A stretch of 64,000 nt of DNA from an uncultured Haloferula sp. (GTDB taxonomy: Bacteria; Verrucomicrobiota; Verrucomicrobiia; Verrucomicrobiales; Akkermansiaceae). Below are positions 1 to 10,889 of this stretch, piece after piece. The position numbers were made by a program, and so were the translations under genes. Each line of letters begins with the position of its first letter. The first letter of the stretch is position 1. The DNA lies in the NCBI GenBank assembly GCA_965652295.1, contig CBFGTS010000010.1, positions 1 to 64,000 on the forward strand, given 5' to 3'. Under the pieces are notes generated by a model. That model did no database searches, had not been told where the DNA came from, and was given only the letters and a program-made list of their open reading frames with translations.

Positions 1-1
1 T

Positions 2-1132
2 CGCCACGATCTGGCTCTCCGTGAATCGGCTCTTTCTCATCGTTCGGTGTCGGATCTCCCGGCCCGAATCCTCTCATTTCCCGCTGTTTCAGAACAGGGG
101 AAGCTTACACTCCCGCTTAGTTCAGACGCGGTCCATTTTGAGAATTTTATTCGCGATATACACCACCTCGTGATCGGTGACTATGTCTCCAACAGTTTTT
201 GCTTTCTAATAGGTCTAGGAATTTCCCCAGCAGATATGGTCCTCATTGCTGAGATTGGTAAGTGCCACCGGAAGATTGATTTAAATAATCAACAAGGATC
301 CGCGAGACGTTTGGGAGCATTGCTTCGGCTTATTGACGAATTGGACATCGGTCCAGAAAGAGCTCCGACCACAGTTCTGGAGCAGATATATCAACAGCTG
401 GATCAAATGTCAAAATGGCACTGGTTTAAACACTCTATTACTGACCCATGGATGGAAGGAAACAACGTGCGTATTTCGAAGAATGGATATCTCGTTCAAA
501 TTGAGTTTTTGATCACAGTGAGGCCAAACAGTGAAAGTTCGATAGACTACTGGTTGAGCCAGGCGGCGAGACCCGTTGTGAAGGCCATCCGTGACGAAGG
601 CGTTGGCCAAATACTGCTCGATGAGTTTCGGCTCTCGGTGATGGTCAGTAGGTCAAGGGCAATGTCTTCCCACATTCGATATGGCGGACTAATGGAGCAG
701 CTTGAATCGGAGGTAATCAGCTTCGGAAGAAAGGTGATCTTGGTGATTGATGATGAAGCTAAGAAGATCAAGAACTCATTTTTCAAATTAGCTCACAAAT
801 ACTATGTCCATATCGTATCCCATGTCGAGGCGGGCTTGCAATACTTGGACGCTGTTCCCGTTGATCTAGCGATCCTAGACCTCCAGCTCAGTGGTGGCTC
901 AATATGGAACGAAGAACAAACCTCTCAGTATAGAAAGACTGGGTTTGAAGTTGCAAAGGACATTAAGAAACGACGGCCCGAGACAATAGTTGGATTTCTT
1001 ACCGGAACCCGACACAAAGTGACAGAAGAGGAGCGAGCCTTGGGCGATTTTTATCTCGTAAAACCGATTCAGGCTTCAGTTCTTGAAAAGGAAATAACTA
1101 AAATTCTCGATCAACATGAGGCTGAGAAATAA
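2..1132 (+). CDS. Protein with a C-terminal response-regulator receiver domain; 5'-partial (frame is open from position 2, so the start probably lies before the window)
   Basis: C-terminal VILVIDDE...LAILDLQL...TGFEVAKDIK...GFLTG...YLVKPI is a receiver pattern (DD, phospho-D, T, KP). No in-frame stop between 2 and the GTG at 47. Low GC. Confidence 0.75.
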   Translation, partial: RHDLALRESALSHRSVSDLPARILSFPAVSEQGKLTLPLSSDAVHFENFIRDIHHLVIGDYVSNSFCFLIGLGISPADMVLIAEIGKCHRKIDLNNQQGSARRLGALLRLIDELDIGPERAPTTVLEQIYQQLDQMSKWHWFKHSITDPWMEGNNVRISKNGYLVQIEFLITVRPNSESSIDYWLSQAARPVVKAIRDEGVGQILLDEFRLSVMVSRSRAMSSHIRYGGLMEQLESEVISFGRKVILVIDDEAKKIKNSFFKLAHKYYVHIVSHVEAGLQYLDAVPVDLAILDLQLSGGSIWNEEQTSQYRKTGFEVAKDIKKRRPETIVGFLTGTRHKVTEEERALGDFYLVKPIQASVLEKEITKILDQHEAEK

Positions 1133-2273
1133 ATCTACCTGCGAAGAGGCAGTTTTGGAGGCGATGGTGGCCGAGAACGGTCTGGATGCGGCGGTCGTTC
1201 TTTGCTGGTCTGCCACAGGTGATTACACGGAGGCCAAGCTTCTTTGGTCAGCTGGAGTTCCTGCAGAACCTTTCCGCGGGGCAGAGTCGCGTCACCTCTT
1301 GCGTGTCGTCAAAAAATGCGAGGAAGGAGGGAAGAGTTGTCGTCACAAAATCGACGGCTTGGCATTTAGCAACATAGCGAAGCGCCTAGGAAAGTTGGAC
1401 GGACCATTGATTTTTGCTAATTACTCAAAATGTGAGCAATCAGGACGTGTATTTGCGATGCTTGGATTCGAATGTCCTCGGCAAGGTCGCAAGCAGGATA
1501 TTCATGACGCCCTTCAGACGACCCTTAGAATAATCGCCGACTCTTCCTCAATTAGAATTAATCATCAGATTTTCCTTCAGCGATTGGAGAAAACGGAGTA
1601 TTATGTCCGAGAAGTGGGACATGATATAGCCACTTGCATTCAAGCACTATTTGGCGACCTTGAGTTCATGGCTGATGGCGAGCTGGAGACGCCGACGCTC
1701 CAGCGGATGGCAGAGGATTCGCTGAACGAAATGAAGAACGTCGCCGCCATTGCTGAGAGTCTTGGTATTACCATTGATCCAGATTTTCAACTACGCCAGA
1801 GGGTCGAGGTCAGAATTGATTCTGTGATCAGCGAAGTAGTTAAGTCCCTTTCTTCAGAAGCTCGCGAGCGAGGAGTGACTCTTAGAATTGGATCGATGAA
1901 TGGCGTTCAGGCATTTGGTGATGAGGCTTCACTCCGCCTATGCATACACCACTTGATGCATAACGCGATTAAGTATTCCCACCACGACGGAGAGGTCGAG
2001 ATCCACGCTTCTAGGGACGATGATCATGTGGTTATTGCTGTCCGAAATCGAGGTATTGGTCTTCCTAAGGGATCTGCTATTAGAGATATATGGGATTTTG
2101 GATTTCGGTCGCCTAAAGCGAGGAAACTCAATGTGAACGGTAGTGGCGTTGGCCTCTATACAGCGAAGAAGATCGTCTTGGCTCATTCAGGCAGAATTTG
2201 GCCGGAAGAGAGCCATGGAAACACCATTTTTTACGTTTCAGTTCCGATGAGGAAGGACGGCTTGGGAGTTTGA
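1116..2273 (+). CDS. Cytoplasmic sensor histidine kinase (HisKA-like plus HATPase_c)
   Basis: H-box EVGHDI, N-box LMHNAIKYS, G1 NRGIG, F-box IWDFGFR, G2 GSGVGLY. No obvious TM segment. Overlaps the upstream gene by 17 nt. Confidence 0.85.
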   Translation: MRLRNKSTCEEAVLEAMVAENGLDAAVVLCWSATGDYTEAKLLWSAGVPAEPFRGAESRHLLRVVKKCEEGGKSCRHKIDGLAFSNIAKRLGKLDGPLIFANYSKCEQSGRVFAMLGFECPRQGRKQDIHDALQTTLRIIADSSSIRINHQIFLQRLEKTEYYVREVGHDIATCIQALFGDLEFMADGELETPTLQRMAEDSLNEMKNVAAIAESLGITIDPDFQLRQRVEVRIDSVISEVVKSLSSEARERGVTLRIGSMNGVQAFGDEASLRLCIHHLMHNAIKYSHHDGEVEIHASRDDDHVVIAVRNRGIGLPKGSAIRDIWDFGFRSPKARKLNVNGSGVGLYTAKKIVLAHSGRIWPEESHGNTIFYVSVPMRKDGLGV

Positions 2274-2426
2274 TCGAAGATCCCGCCAGCGGCTGGCAAG
2301 TTCTCTAGCGTGAGGACAAAATGGAGACCTTCCCTCTACCTTTTTTTCGTATTCCTCGCAGCGTTAAGTTCCGCCAGTCGGGTTCCTCCATGCTTTTAGT
2401 GACTTGAAATCCAGTTCAAATGACCC

Positions 2427-2804
2427 ATGATTCCAGTCGTGATTTCAACCGCCCTGCAGGATTTGTTCGGAGGAAAGGCCGCGGAAGCCGTGCTGTTGGC
2501 GTTGTTCCATGACGGGGAGGCCTATGGGCGGGCCATTGCGCGGGATTTTGGGGTTTCGCTGGAGGCCGTCCAGCGTCAACTCGATCGCTTCGAGCGGTGC
2601 GGCGCGTTGGTTTGCAAGCGTCAGGGGAGGACTCTGGTCTTTGCCTGGAACCCGAAATCGCGCCTTGCGTCTCGTCTCCGGGACCTGACCGGAGTGGTTT
2701 ACGATGGGCTCGATACGGGGGTGAAAGAGGGGATTTTCCCTCAGCGCCGCCAACCCCGAGCCAAGGACAAGCCGGTGATTCGTGACGGCCCGGAATCTTC
2801 GTAG
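2427..2804 (+). CDS. Winged helix-turn-helix DNA-binding protein (ArsR-like; resembles antitoxin-type HTH proteins)
   Basis: LFGGKAAEAVLLALFHDGEAYGRAIARDFGVSLEAVQRQLDRFERCGAL...FAWNPK wHTH pattern with a basic C-terminal tail. Start codon uncertain. Confidence 0.7.
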   Translation: MIPVVISTALQDLFGGKAAEAVLLALFHDGEAYGRAIARDFGVSLEAVQRQLDRFERCGALVCKRQGRTLVFAWNPKSRLASRLRDLTGVVYDGLDTGVKEGIFPQRRQPRAKDKPVIRDGPESS

Positions 2805-2824
2805 CTGGTCGGGCCGCGGCGGGC

Positions 2825-3862
2825 CTAGAACAAATCCAGCTGCTCCTTCTCCTCGGGATCGCGGAAGCGGACGCCGACGCCGAGGAGGCGCACGGGTCGG
2901 TTCTGGCCGCGGCTCCAGGCTTCGGCGAGGAGGTCTTTGAAAAGGCCGGGATCGAGATCGGAATGGGCGCGCTCGGCGGTGGTGCGGGTGAAATCGGCGA
3001 ACTTGAGCTTCACGACGAGCGAGCGGATGGCGCGGTCGGAGTGCTTTCTGGCGAGGTCCTCGCGGACGCCTTCGAGCATGCCGAGCATGACGGGCTCGAG
3101 CGCGGGGAGGGTCTCGATGTTCTCGGAAAAGGTGTTCTCGCTTGAGAGGGACTTGCGGATGCGGTGGGTTTTTACCTCGCGGGTGTCGTGGCCGCGGGAG
3201 AGGTCGTGGAGTTCGAGGCCCCAGGAGCCGAAACGGCGGGCGAGTTCGATCTTGTCGAATCGCTGGAGGTCGCCGCAGGTGTGGATGCCCATGGCGTTGA
3301 GCTTGGCGCGCATCTTCGGGCCGATGCCCCAGAGCTTGCCGACGGGCAGTTCGCGCATGAAGTCGAGGATGCCGTCCTCGGGCACCTCGTGCTGGCCGTC
3401 GGGTTTGTTCCAATCGGACGCGATCTTGGCGATGAGCTTGTTGGTGGAAATGCCGGCGGAAGCGGTGAGGCCGGTTTCCTCGCGGATCTGGGCGCGGATT
3501 TCGCGGGCGATCGCGGCGGCGGAACTCCGGAGGTGGGAGACGTCGAGGTAGGCTTCGTCGAGCGACAAGGGTTCGATTTTCTCCGTGAAGCGGCCGAAGA
3601 TGGCGCGGATGCGGGCGGACTCGGCGCGGTAGAGATCGAAGCGGACGGGAACGAGGACGAGGTGCGGGCAGAGCTCCTTCGCCTTGAAAACGGGCATGGC
3701 ACTATGGCAGCCGTACTTGCGGGCCTCGTAGTTGGCGGTGGTGAGCACGCCGCGGCGGGAAGAACCACCGACGCCGACGGGTTTCCCACGCAGTGCGGGA
3801 TTCTCGCGCTCCTCGATGGCGGCGTAGAAGCAGTCCATGTCGATGTGGATGATCTTGCGCAC
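2825..3862 (-). CDS. dinB: DNA polymerase IV (Y family)
   Basis: [44 protein letters not shown] and C-terminal clamp-binding QLDLF. Confidence 0.97.
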   Translation of the reverse strand: MRKIIHIDMDCFYAAIEERENPALRGKPVGVGGSSRRGVLTTANYEARKYGCHSAMPVFKAKELCPHLVLVPVRFDLYRAESARIRAIFGRFTEKIEPLSLDEAYLDVSHLRSSAAAIAREIRAQIREETGLTASAGISTNKLIAKIASDWNKPDGQHEVPEDGILDFMRELPVGKLWGIGPKMRAKLNAMGIHTCGDLQRFDKIELARRFGSWGLELHDLSRGHDTREVKTHRIRKSLSSENTFSENIETLPALEPVMLGMLEGVREDLARKHSDRAIRSLVVKLKFADFTRTTAERAHSDLDPGLFKDLLAEAWSRGQNRPVRLLGVGVRFRDPEEKEQLDLF

Positions 3863-3996
3863 GATGGGGTGGTGGCCTGGGGTGTTCTTCTGAGCAGCGG
3901 TGGCGACTGCTTTTCGCCGCAGGCGGGCGTGACGGCAAGCGGATCCTTCCCGATGAAAAAGTTGCGGACTCGGTAAGGCGGGGGAACTTGGCCACC

Positions 3997-4983
3997 ATGA
4001 AGGTTTCCCTGCTGCTTTCCGCCTGCCTGTCGCTCTCGGCCGTGGCCGAGGATTTCCCCGCGCTGGATCAGCGACTGAGCGACTATGAATACCCGTTCGA
4101 GGTCGAGATGCACGCGTTCGAGGCGCAGGGCACGGAGCTGGAGATGGCCTACATGGACGTGAAGCCGGACAATCCGAACGGCAGGGCGGTGCTGCTGTTG
4201 CACGGCAAGAATTTCTCCGGCGCGTATTGGGAAAAAACGGCGGATCTGCTGGTGGACGAGGGCTTCCGGGTGATCATGCCGGACCAGATCGGCTTCGGAA
4301 AATCGAGCAAGCCGCTGGGGTTCCAATACAGTTTCCAAGCGCTGTGCACGGCGACGAAGGGGTTGCTGGATGAGCTGAAGGTTGCGAGCGTGACGGTGGT
4401 GGGCCACTCGATGGGGGGGATGGTGGCGACGAGGTTCGCGCTGATGTTTCCTGACCGCTGCGAAAAGCTGGTGCTGGTGAATCCGATCGGGCTGGAGGAC
4501 TGGAAGCGGATGGTGCCCTACCAGTCGATCGATGAAGCGGTGGAGGCCGAAATGAAAAAAGATCCGGAGGCGGTGAAAAGCTACATGAGCAAGGCCTACT
4601 TCGATGGGAAATGGGACGAGTCGTGGGACGACCTGCTGGAGATTCAGGCAGGCTGGACGAAGGGTCCGGCCAAGAAGCCCATGGCGAGGATTTCAGCGAT
4701 CACGGCGGACATGATCTTCACCCAGCCGGTGCTGTATGAGTTCCCGGACATCAAGGTTCCGACTCTGTTGATCATCGGCGAGCGCGACCGGACGGCGATC
4801 GGGAAAAACCGCGCGGACGCGAAGACGGCGGAGAAAATGGGACTCTACGACCGGCTCGGCCAGAAGACGGCGAACGCGATCCCGAACTCGAAATACGTGG
4901 CGCTGCCGGGGATCGGGCATCTGCCGCAGGTGGAGGCGTTTCCGCAGTACGCGAAGGCGCTGCTGGGATTTCTGGAGGAGTGA
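3997..4983 (+). CDS. Secreted alpha/beta-fold hydrolase
   Basis: Signal peptide [32 protein letters not shown], nucleophile GHSMGG, C-terminal GIGHLP. Confidence 0.9.
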   Translation: MKVSLLLSACLSLSAVAEDFPALDQRLSDYEYPFEVEMHAFEAQGTELEMAYMDVKPDNPNGRAVLLLHGKNFSGAYWEKTADLLVDEGFRVIMPDQIGFGKSSKPLGFQYSFQALCTATKGLLDELKVASVTVVGHSMGGMVATRFALMFPDRCEKLVLVNPIGLEDWKRMVPYQSIDEAVEAEMKKDPEAVKSYMSKAYFDGKWDESWDDLLEIQAGWTKGPAKKPMARISAITADMIFTQPVLYEFPDIKVPTLLIIGERDRTAIGKNRADAKTAEKMGLYDRLGQKTANAIPNSKYVALPGIGHLPQVEAFPQYAKALLGFLEE

Positions 4984-5598
4984 TCAGAAACCCACTTCCC
5001 TCAGCCGGAACCTCGCATCGTATCTCCCGGCCGCATGACGCTGGCAGCAGGCGGCGCAAGCGACCTCGCGGCGGATCCGGCGGACGCGGCCGATGACCGT
5101 GCCGCAGCCCGGACAGGCATAGCGGAACCGTCGCTCCATCCTGGTCCGGGGCAAGGGCAGCCGGTGCGTTGCCCGCTCGCCGGGAATTCCAAGCTCCACG
5201 CAGGCCTGCCGCCACTCCGCCCCGTGCGGCTCGATCTTTTTCCGCCCGGCCCGCGCCCGCGCCACCAGATGGGCCAGCTCGTGCCTCGCGGTTCGCTCCA
5301 CCTCGTCCGCACCCATCTCCAGCAGCCGCGGATTCAGCTCGATCAGGGCTTTGCCCGGCCACGCACGGCCGGCGGTCGAGCGCAGCCGCGGATTCCAGCG
5401 CACGCTCACGATGGCGGCCAGTTCCGGCAATCCCAGCCGGCCCGCCGTTTCCCGGCACCACGCAGTCATTTCAATCTCGGCCTGCCTCACCGCCGCAGCT
5501 TGTCCGCGGAAATCCCGCGCGACAATCCCGTCCTCCCGCCGCTCTTCCGCTGGATGCGCGGCGGAGGCTGGTTCACATTGACGCCGCCACTTGACCAC
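4984..5598 (-). CDS. SprT-like zinc metalloprotease domain protein (true start may be downstream, e.g. 5469)
   Basis: WNPRLRSTAGRA, HELAH, PHGAEW and C-terminal CPGC...CAAC zinc ribbon. Confidence 0.85.
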   Translation of the reverse strand: MVKWRRQCEPASAAHPAEERREDGIVARDFRGQAAAVRQAEIEMTAWCRETAGRLGLPELAAIVSVRWNPRLRSTAGRAWPGKALIELNPRLLEMGADEVERTARHELAHLVARARAGRKKIEPHGAEWRQACVELGIPGERATHRLPLPRTRMERRFRYACPGCGTVIGRVRRIRREVACAACCQRHAAGRYDARFRLREVGF

Positions 5599-6967
5599 GC
5601 CCGCTCACAACGCCGCCTCCCCGCAACCGATCCGCCATCTCCTCTACGGCTTTTACCGCACGGGGAACTGGATCAACTTCTTCCTCCGCCGGCGAGTCCG
5701 CCGCGGGGGGATCGCGCTGCTGATCGTCGGCATCGTCCTCAGCGCGCTGGCCAGCGGCAGGCACCATGATGCACCGGGAAAGCTTCTCGGCTTCGGCTTC
5801 ACACTCGGCGTGCTGGCCCTCGCCTGGCTGCCCTTCCGCCGCGCGAAAGTCCGGATCGCCCGCCAACTCCCGGAGCACGCCACCGCCGGCGAGCCGGTGA
5901 AGCTCAGCTACCGCCTCACCAATCTCTCCCGCCGTCGGCTCCACCGCATTTCGCTGGTCGAAACGCCGCCCGATCCCCGTCCGCACCGGCACCAGTTCGC
6001 GATCGCCCGCGAGCCCGGCGGGGAGAAACGCAACGCCTTCGACCGCTTTTTCGCCTACCACTGCTGGATGTGGCTTTGTGAAATCCGCACCCTTTTCGAT
6101 GCCGCCGAGTCCGCCCGCCCGATCCGGCTCCGCCGCGGTGAATCGACCACCCTCACCGCCACCATCACCCCGCGTCGCCGCGGCCTCATCGTGCTCGATG
6201 ACCTCCGCCTGCTGATGCCCGATCCCCTCGGTCTCTACCAACGCTGCGCCCGCGTCCGCACCGCGGCGTCCACGCTCGTCGTCCTGCCGGCGCGCTATCC
6301 GTTGCCGCCCTTCCAGCTGCCCGGTTCGGCCCGTTTTCAGGCCGGCGGCGATGCCGCCTCGCGCCAGACCGGCCCCTCCGGCGAGTTCGTTTCCCTGCGC
6401 GACTACCAGCCCGGCGATCCCATTCGGCTGATCCACTGGAAAAGTTGGGCCCGCACCGGAAAGCCCGTCGTCAAAGAGCTGGAAGACACCTTTTATCCCC
6501 GCCACGGCCTCATCCTCGATACCTTCCCGGAGGCCGGGGATGAAGCCCTGTTCGAGGCCGCTGTCTCCGTCGCCGCCTCGTTCGTTTCCGCCATCGACAC
6601 CCACGAGTCGCTCATCGATCTGATGTTCATCTCCGGCCGTGAGCAGGTCGTCACCGCCGGTCGCGGCACCGGCCGGGCCGAGACGTTGCTTGAGGTGCTC
6701 GCCGGCGTCGAATCCTCCGCCCGGCCGCAGTTCGAGTCCCTCCGCAAGCTCGTCCTGCGCCACGCCGAAGACCTCGCCGGTTGCCTTGCCGTGTTCGCCG
6801 GTTGGTCGCCTGAACGCGGCGAGCTGCTCGCCCGCATCCGCTCCTCCGGCGTCCGTATCGCCGCCATCGTCGTCTGCGAGGAAAGTCAGCCCGCCCTCCC
6901 CGGCGTCCATTTCGTCCGCCGTGGCAGCCTCCGCGAGGACCTCATGAAACTGCCCGCCCAGCTCTGA
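5591..6967 (+). CDS. DUF58 domain membrane protein
   Basis: Two N-terminal TM segments; EFVSLRDYQPGDPIRLIHWKSWARTGKPVVKE signature. Confidence 0.9.
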   Translation: MTTPAHNAASPQPIRHLLYGFYRTGNWINFFLRRRVRRGGIALLIVGIVLSALASGRHHDAPGKLLGFGFTLGVLALAWLPFRRAKVRIARQLPEHATAGEPVKLSYRLTNLSRRRLHRISLVETPPDPRPHRHQFAIAREPGGEKRNAFDRFFAYHCWMWLCEIRTLFDAAESARPIRLRRGESTTLTATITPRRRGLIVLDDLRLLMPDPLGLYQRCARVRTAASTLVVLPARYPLPPFQLPGSARFQAGGDAASRQTGPSGEFVSLRDYQPGDPIRLIHWKSWARTGKPVVKELEDTFYPRHGLILDTFPEAGDEALFEAAVSVAASFVSAIDTHESLIDLMFISGREQVVTAGRGTGRAETLLEVLAGVESSARPQFESLRKLVLRHAEDLAGCLAVFAGWSPERGELLARIRSSGVRIAAIVVCEESQPALPGVHFVRRGSLREDLMKLPAQL

Positions 6968-6975
6968 GAAGCGCC

Positions 6976-9069
6976 ATGGACACCGTCGCCCCGCAACCGC
7001 CTCGCCTCCTCCTCGGAGCCTCGTTGCTCCTCTGGGGTGGCATGCGCGAGCACCCGTTCATCGGCCTCCTCCTCGCCCTCGTCGTCGAGGCCGCCCACTG
7101 GACGCAGACCCGCTGGGCCTTCGGCAACACCGCCCTCCAGCGCGCCTGGCAGCTGAGCGTCGCCCTGCTGCTCTTCACCGCTGTCCTCATCTGGCTCGGC
7201 GGCGATCTGATCGATGCCCTGCCGCGGGCCTTCGGCTGGCTGCCCGTGATCCTGCTGCCGCTCCAGTTCGTGCAGTCCTACGGCATTCATCGTAGCATTT
7301 CCCTCACCGCCTTCTCCCATTTCCTGAGGAAAAAACGCGAGCATGCCGTGAGATACGGACTGCCGTTCCGCGAAGTCCGCTTCTCCTTCAGCCACGTCTA
7401 TTTCCTCGCCGTCATCCTCGCCGCCTCCCTCGGCCGCGAGGCGCGCGGGCCCGTGTTCTACCCCGCCGCGATCCTGCTCATCCTGTGGGCCGTCCTTCAC
7501 CCGCTGCTCCGCCGCCCGCGCATCGATCTCGTCGGCCCGTTCATCGTCCTGCCGCTGGCCATCTACGTCGGCCTCCATGGCGAACGCATCATCGACAAAC
7601 TCACCGAGAACTACGTCCGCAGCTCCCGCCGCCACGTCCGCGGCGATTACGATCGCGAGAAGCGCGCCGCCATCGGCAGCCTCAGGGACGTCAAGCTCTC
7701 GCCCGACATCCGCTGGCGGCTCATCCCCGTCCAGGGCGAGCTGCCGAGCCTGCTACGGGTCGCCTCGTACAACCATTACCGCGGCACCCAGTGGAGCGCC
7801 CTCCAGCCCGCCGACATCATCGCCGGCTCCGAAGGTTTCAGCGAACTCGACTCTTACGGCCTCGAGAACCCCTACCGGGTCACCGCCCGCGCCGATGCCG
7901 AGGATTTCATCGATGGCGAGGAGGCCAGCGCCGAGGCCCTGCCGCGCTGCATCCTCCGCGGCGCGCTTGAGGGCGGCATGGAGCTCCTGCCCATCCCCGG
8001 CAACACCGCCTCCCTCATCCAGCCCGCCCAGAACCTCGAAATCAACGGTCTCGGCACCCTGCGGATCGATCCCCGCCATCCGGTCGCCGATTCCCTGATC
8101 GTCTCCGGCCACGGCTTCACCACGGCACGTCCTCCGTGGGAGAATCCCATTGAGGAAATCGCCGGTTCCCCGTCCCTTTCCGTTCCCGAGCCCGAGCGGC
8201 CGGCCCTCCGCGCCCTGATCGACCAGCTCGATCTCCACGACCTCGGCTTCGAGGAAAAGATCCTCCGCCTGCGCGAGCACTTCCTGCGAAACTTCACCTA
8301 CACCAAATACGACAGCGCCGAGATTCCCCTCGGACACATCCGCCGCGCCCGCTTCATCAGCGATTTCCTGACCGAGCAAAAAAAGGGTCACTGCGAGTAT
8401 TTCGCCACCGCCGCCGTGCTCCTCCTGCGCGAGGCGGGCATTCCCGCCCGCTACGCCACCGGCTTCGCGCTGATCGAGCACGACAAAGAAGGTGTCGCTC
8501 TCATCCGCGGCAACCACGCCCACGCCTGGGCCCTCGCCTGGGATGAGCGGCGCGGCACCTGGGTCGATGTCGATCTCACCCCGCCGGATTGGACCAAGTT
8601 CGAAACCCCGCGTGCCCCGCGGTGGCAGCCGTTTCTCGACCGGCTCCGCATCTTCCGCGACGACTTCCTCGTCTGGCGCACCCAGCCCGGCAATCTCGCG
8701 CTGGTGATCGTCCTCATGTCCCTGCCGTTGGCCGGAGGCGGCTGGTTCATCGGTAAGCGCCTCTGGACGTCCCGCCGGAACGTCGGCTCCGACGAGGGTG
8801 GCCGCCTCATCTTCCAGCGTCCCGCTTCCCCCTTGGAGCGCCTCGAAAAGGCCGCCCGCAGGCACCTCGGCCATCGCCCGGGGTCGGTGCCTCTCGCCCA
8901 GTGGCTCGCTCCGCTCCGCGACCGGCTTGCGACCCCCGCCGATCTCGACCGCGCCCTCCATCTCCACCGCCAGCTCCGCTTCGATCCGCTCTCCAATCCG
9001 AGTGATCTTCTCATCGAACTCGAGGAGATCGCCCGCCGCCTCGGCCAACAACTACGGCGGATGTCGTAG
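6976..9069 (+). CDS. Membrane transglutaminase-like protein (TgpA/DUF3488-type)
   Basis: Multi-TM N-terminus; catalytic triad motifs GHCEYFATA, HAHAW, WVDVDLTP; follows DUF58. Confidence 0.88.
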   Translation: MDTVAPQPPRLLLGASLLLWGGMREHPFIGLLLALVVEAAHWTQTRWAFGNTALQRAWQLSVALLLFTAVLIWLGGDLIDALPRAFGWLPVILLPLQFVQSYGIHRSISLTAFSHFLRKKREHAVRYGLPFREVRFSFSHVYFLAVILAASLGREARGPVFYPAAILLILWAVLHPLLRRPRIDLVGPFIVLPLAIYVGLHGERIIDKLTENYVRSSRRHVRGDYDREKRAAIGSLRDVKLSPDIRWRLIPVQGELPSLLRVASYNHYRGTQWSALQPADIIAGSEGFSELDSYGLENPYRVTARADAEDFIDGEEASAEALPRCILRGALEGGMELLPIPGNTASLIQPAQNLEINGLGTLRIDPRHPVADSLIVSGHGFTTARPPWENPIEEIAGSPSLSVPEPERPALRALIDQLDLHDLGFEEKILRLREHFLRNFTYTKYDSAEIPLGHIRRARFISDFLTEQKKGHCEYFATAAVLLLREAGIPARYATGFALIEHDKEGVALIRGNHAHAWALAWDERRGTWVDVDLTPPDWTKFETPRAPRWQPFLDRLRIFRDDFLVWRTQPGNLALVIVLMSLPLAGGGWFIGKRLWTSRRNVGSDEGGRLIFQRPASPLERLEKAARRHLGHRPGSVPLAQWLAPLRDRLATPADLDRALHLHRQLRFDPLSNPSDLLIELEEIARRLGQQLRRMS

Positions 9070-9217
9070 CCCTGGGCGTGGCAGGTGGCGGCAATTTGCG
9101 CCGTGGGAAGTTGCAAACGGCATGCGACGGCCCGCCCGTTGGATCGTCGAAGCTTGATTCCTCGGGGAGCATCGGCGGCCCGAGTCTCTGGCACCGGTTC
9201 TGCAAAACGGGGTGACC

Positions 9218-9724
9218 ATGTCTAAACTCACATCCCTCAAGAAGCTGTTGGAACAGGAAATCAAGGACCTCTACAACGCTGAAAACCAACTGACGAAGGC
9301 TCTCCCCAAGATGGCAAAGGCGGCCACCGACCCTGCTCTCCAGGAAGCGTTCAACACCCACCTCGAAGAGACCAAGACCCATGTCGAACGCCTGGAGAAG
9401 GTGGCAACCCTTCTCGAAATCTCACCGAAGGGGAAGACCTGCAAAGCGATGCAGGGCCTCGTCGAGGAAGGTTCGGAGGCCGTCGAGAGCACCGGAGAAG
9501 ACCTGCTGAGGGACCTCGCGCTGATTACCGCCGCCCAGAAGGTCGAGCATTATGAGATCGCCGGATATGGGTCCGCCCGGACATTCGCTGAAACGCTCGA
9601 ACTCAGCGAAGTGGTCGAGATTCTCCAGTCGACGCTCGATGAAGAGGGCGCGACCGACAAGCTGCTCACCGAGATGGCGGAGAAGACCCTGCTTCCGGAT
9701 GCTGCCAGCCTCGGCCAGGAATAA
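9218..9724 (+). CDS. yciF: YciE/YciF ferritin-like stress protein (DUF892)
   Basis: DLYNAENQLTKALPKM, HLEET..HVERLE, CKAMQGLVEEG, AAQKVEHYEIAGYG. Confidence 0.92.
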   Translation: MSKLTSLKKLLEQEIKDLYNAENQLTKALPKMAKAATDPALQEAFNTHLEETKTHVERLEKVATLLEISPKGKTCKAMQGLVEEGSEAVESTGEDLLRDLALITAAQKVEHYEIAGYGSARTFAETLELSEVVEILQSTLDEEGATDKLLTEMAEKTLLPDAASLGQE

Positions 9725-9749
9725 CCGGCGACGGAGGGGTCGGCCTTCG

Positions 9750-10047
9750 CTTCCCCGGCCGGACGATTTCTTCGTTCTGAAACCGAAGCATTCCGGGTTC
9801 CATGCGCCGCCGCTGGAGGTCCTTCTGGAGTTTCTCGACATCAAGACCCTCCTCACCCGGTTTTGCCGCAGACATCTGTGTCCTCGACACCGCGAACGAC
9901 GCCTACATGAGGGAATACCAATTGATCGTGCCCTCGGATTGCGTGGCCTCGGAATCCGCCGAGATCACCCGGGCGACGCTCGATCATCTTCGCGACCGGC
10001 TGAAGGCCCGGGTGGAGGCTTCCGAGGACCTTCTGGCGGTGCGGTGA
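9750..10047 (+). pseudogene. 5'-truncated, frameshifted isochorismatase/cysteine hydrolase family remnant
   Basis: One frame reads PDDFFVLKPKHSGFHAPPLEVLLEFLDIKTLLT; after a +1 shift at 9856-9858 the next reads GFAADICVLDTANDAYMREYQLIVPSDCVASE...stop 10047. No start codon or N-terminal half. Confidence 0.8.
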
Positions 10048-10117
10048 GGGAGAAAAGCAAGACCGCCCGCATCCGGGAGGGATGCGGGCGGGGAGAAAAG
10101 CGGGAGGGTGGGCCCGA

Positions 10118-10840
<723 letters not shown>

Positions 10841-10861
10841 GGCGGATGGTGATGGAAGGGC

Positions 10862-10887
10862 GGCGGGGCTGGAAGCCCCCGCCACGG
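10862..10887 (-). repeat. REP-like hairpin CCGTGGCGGGGGCTTCCAGCCCCGCC just after the oxidoreductase stop
   Basis: GTGG head plus GC stem with TCC loop; related copy at 32734-32757. Confidence 0.5.
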
Positions 10888-10889
10888 AT

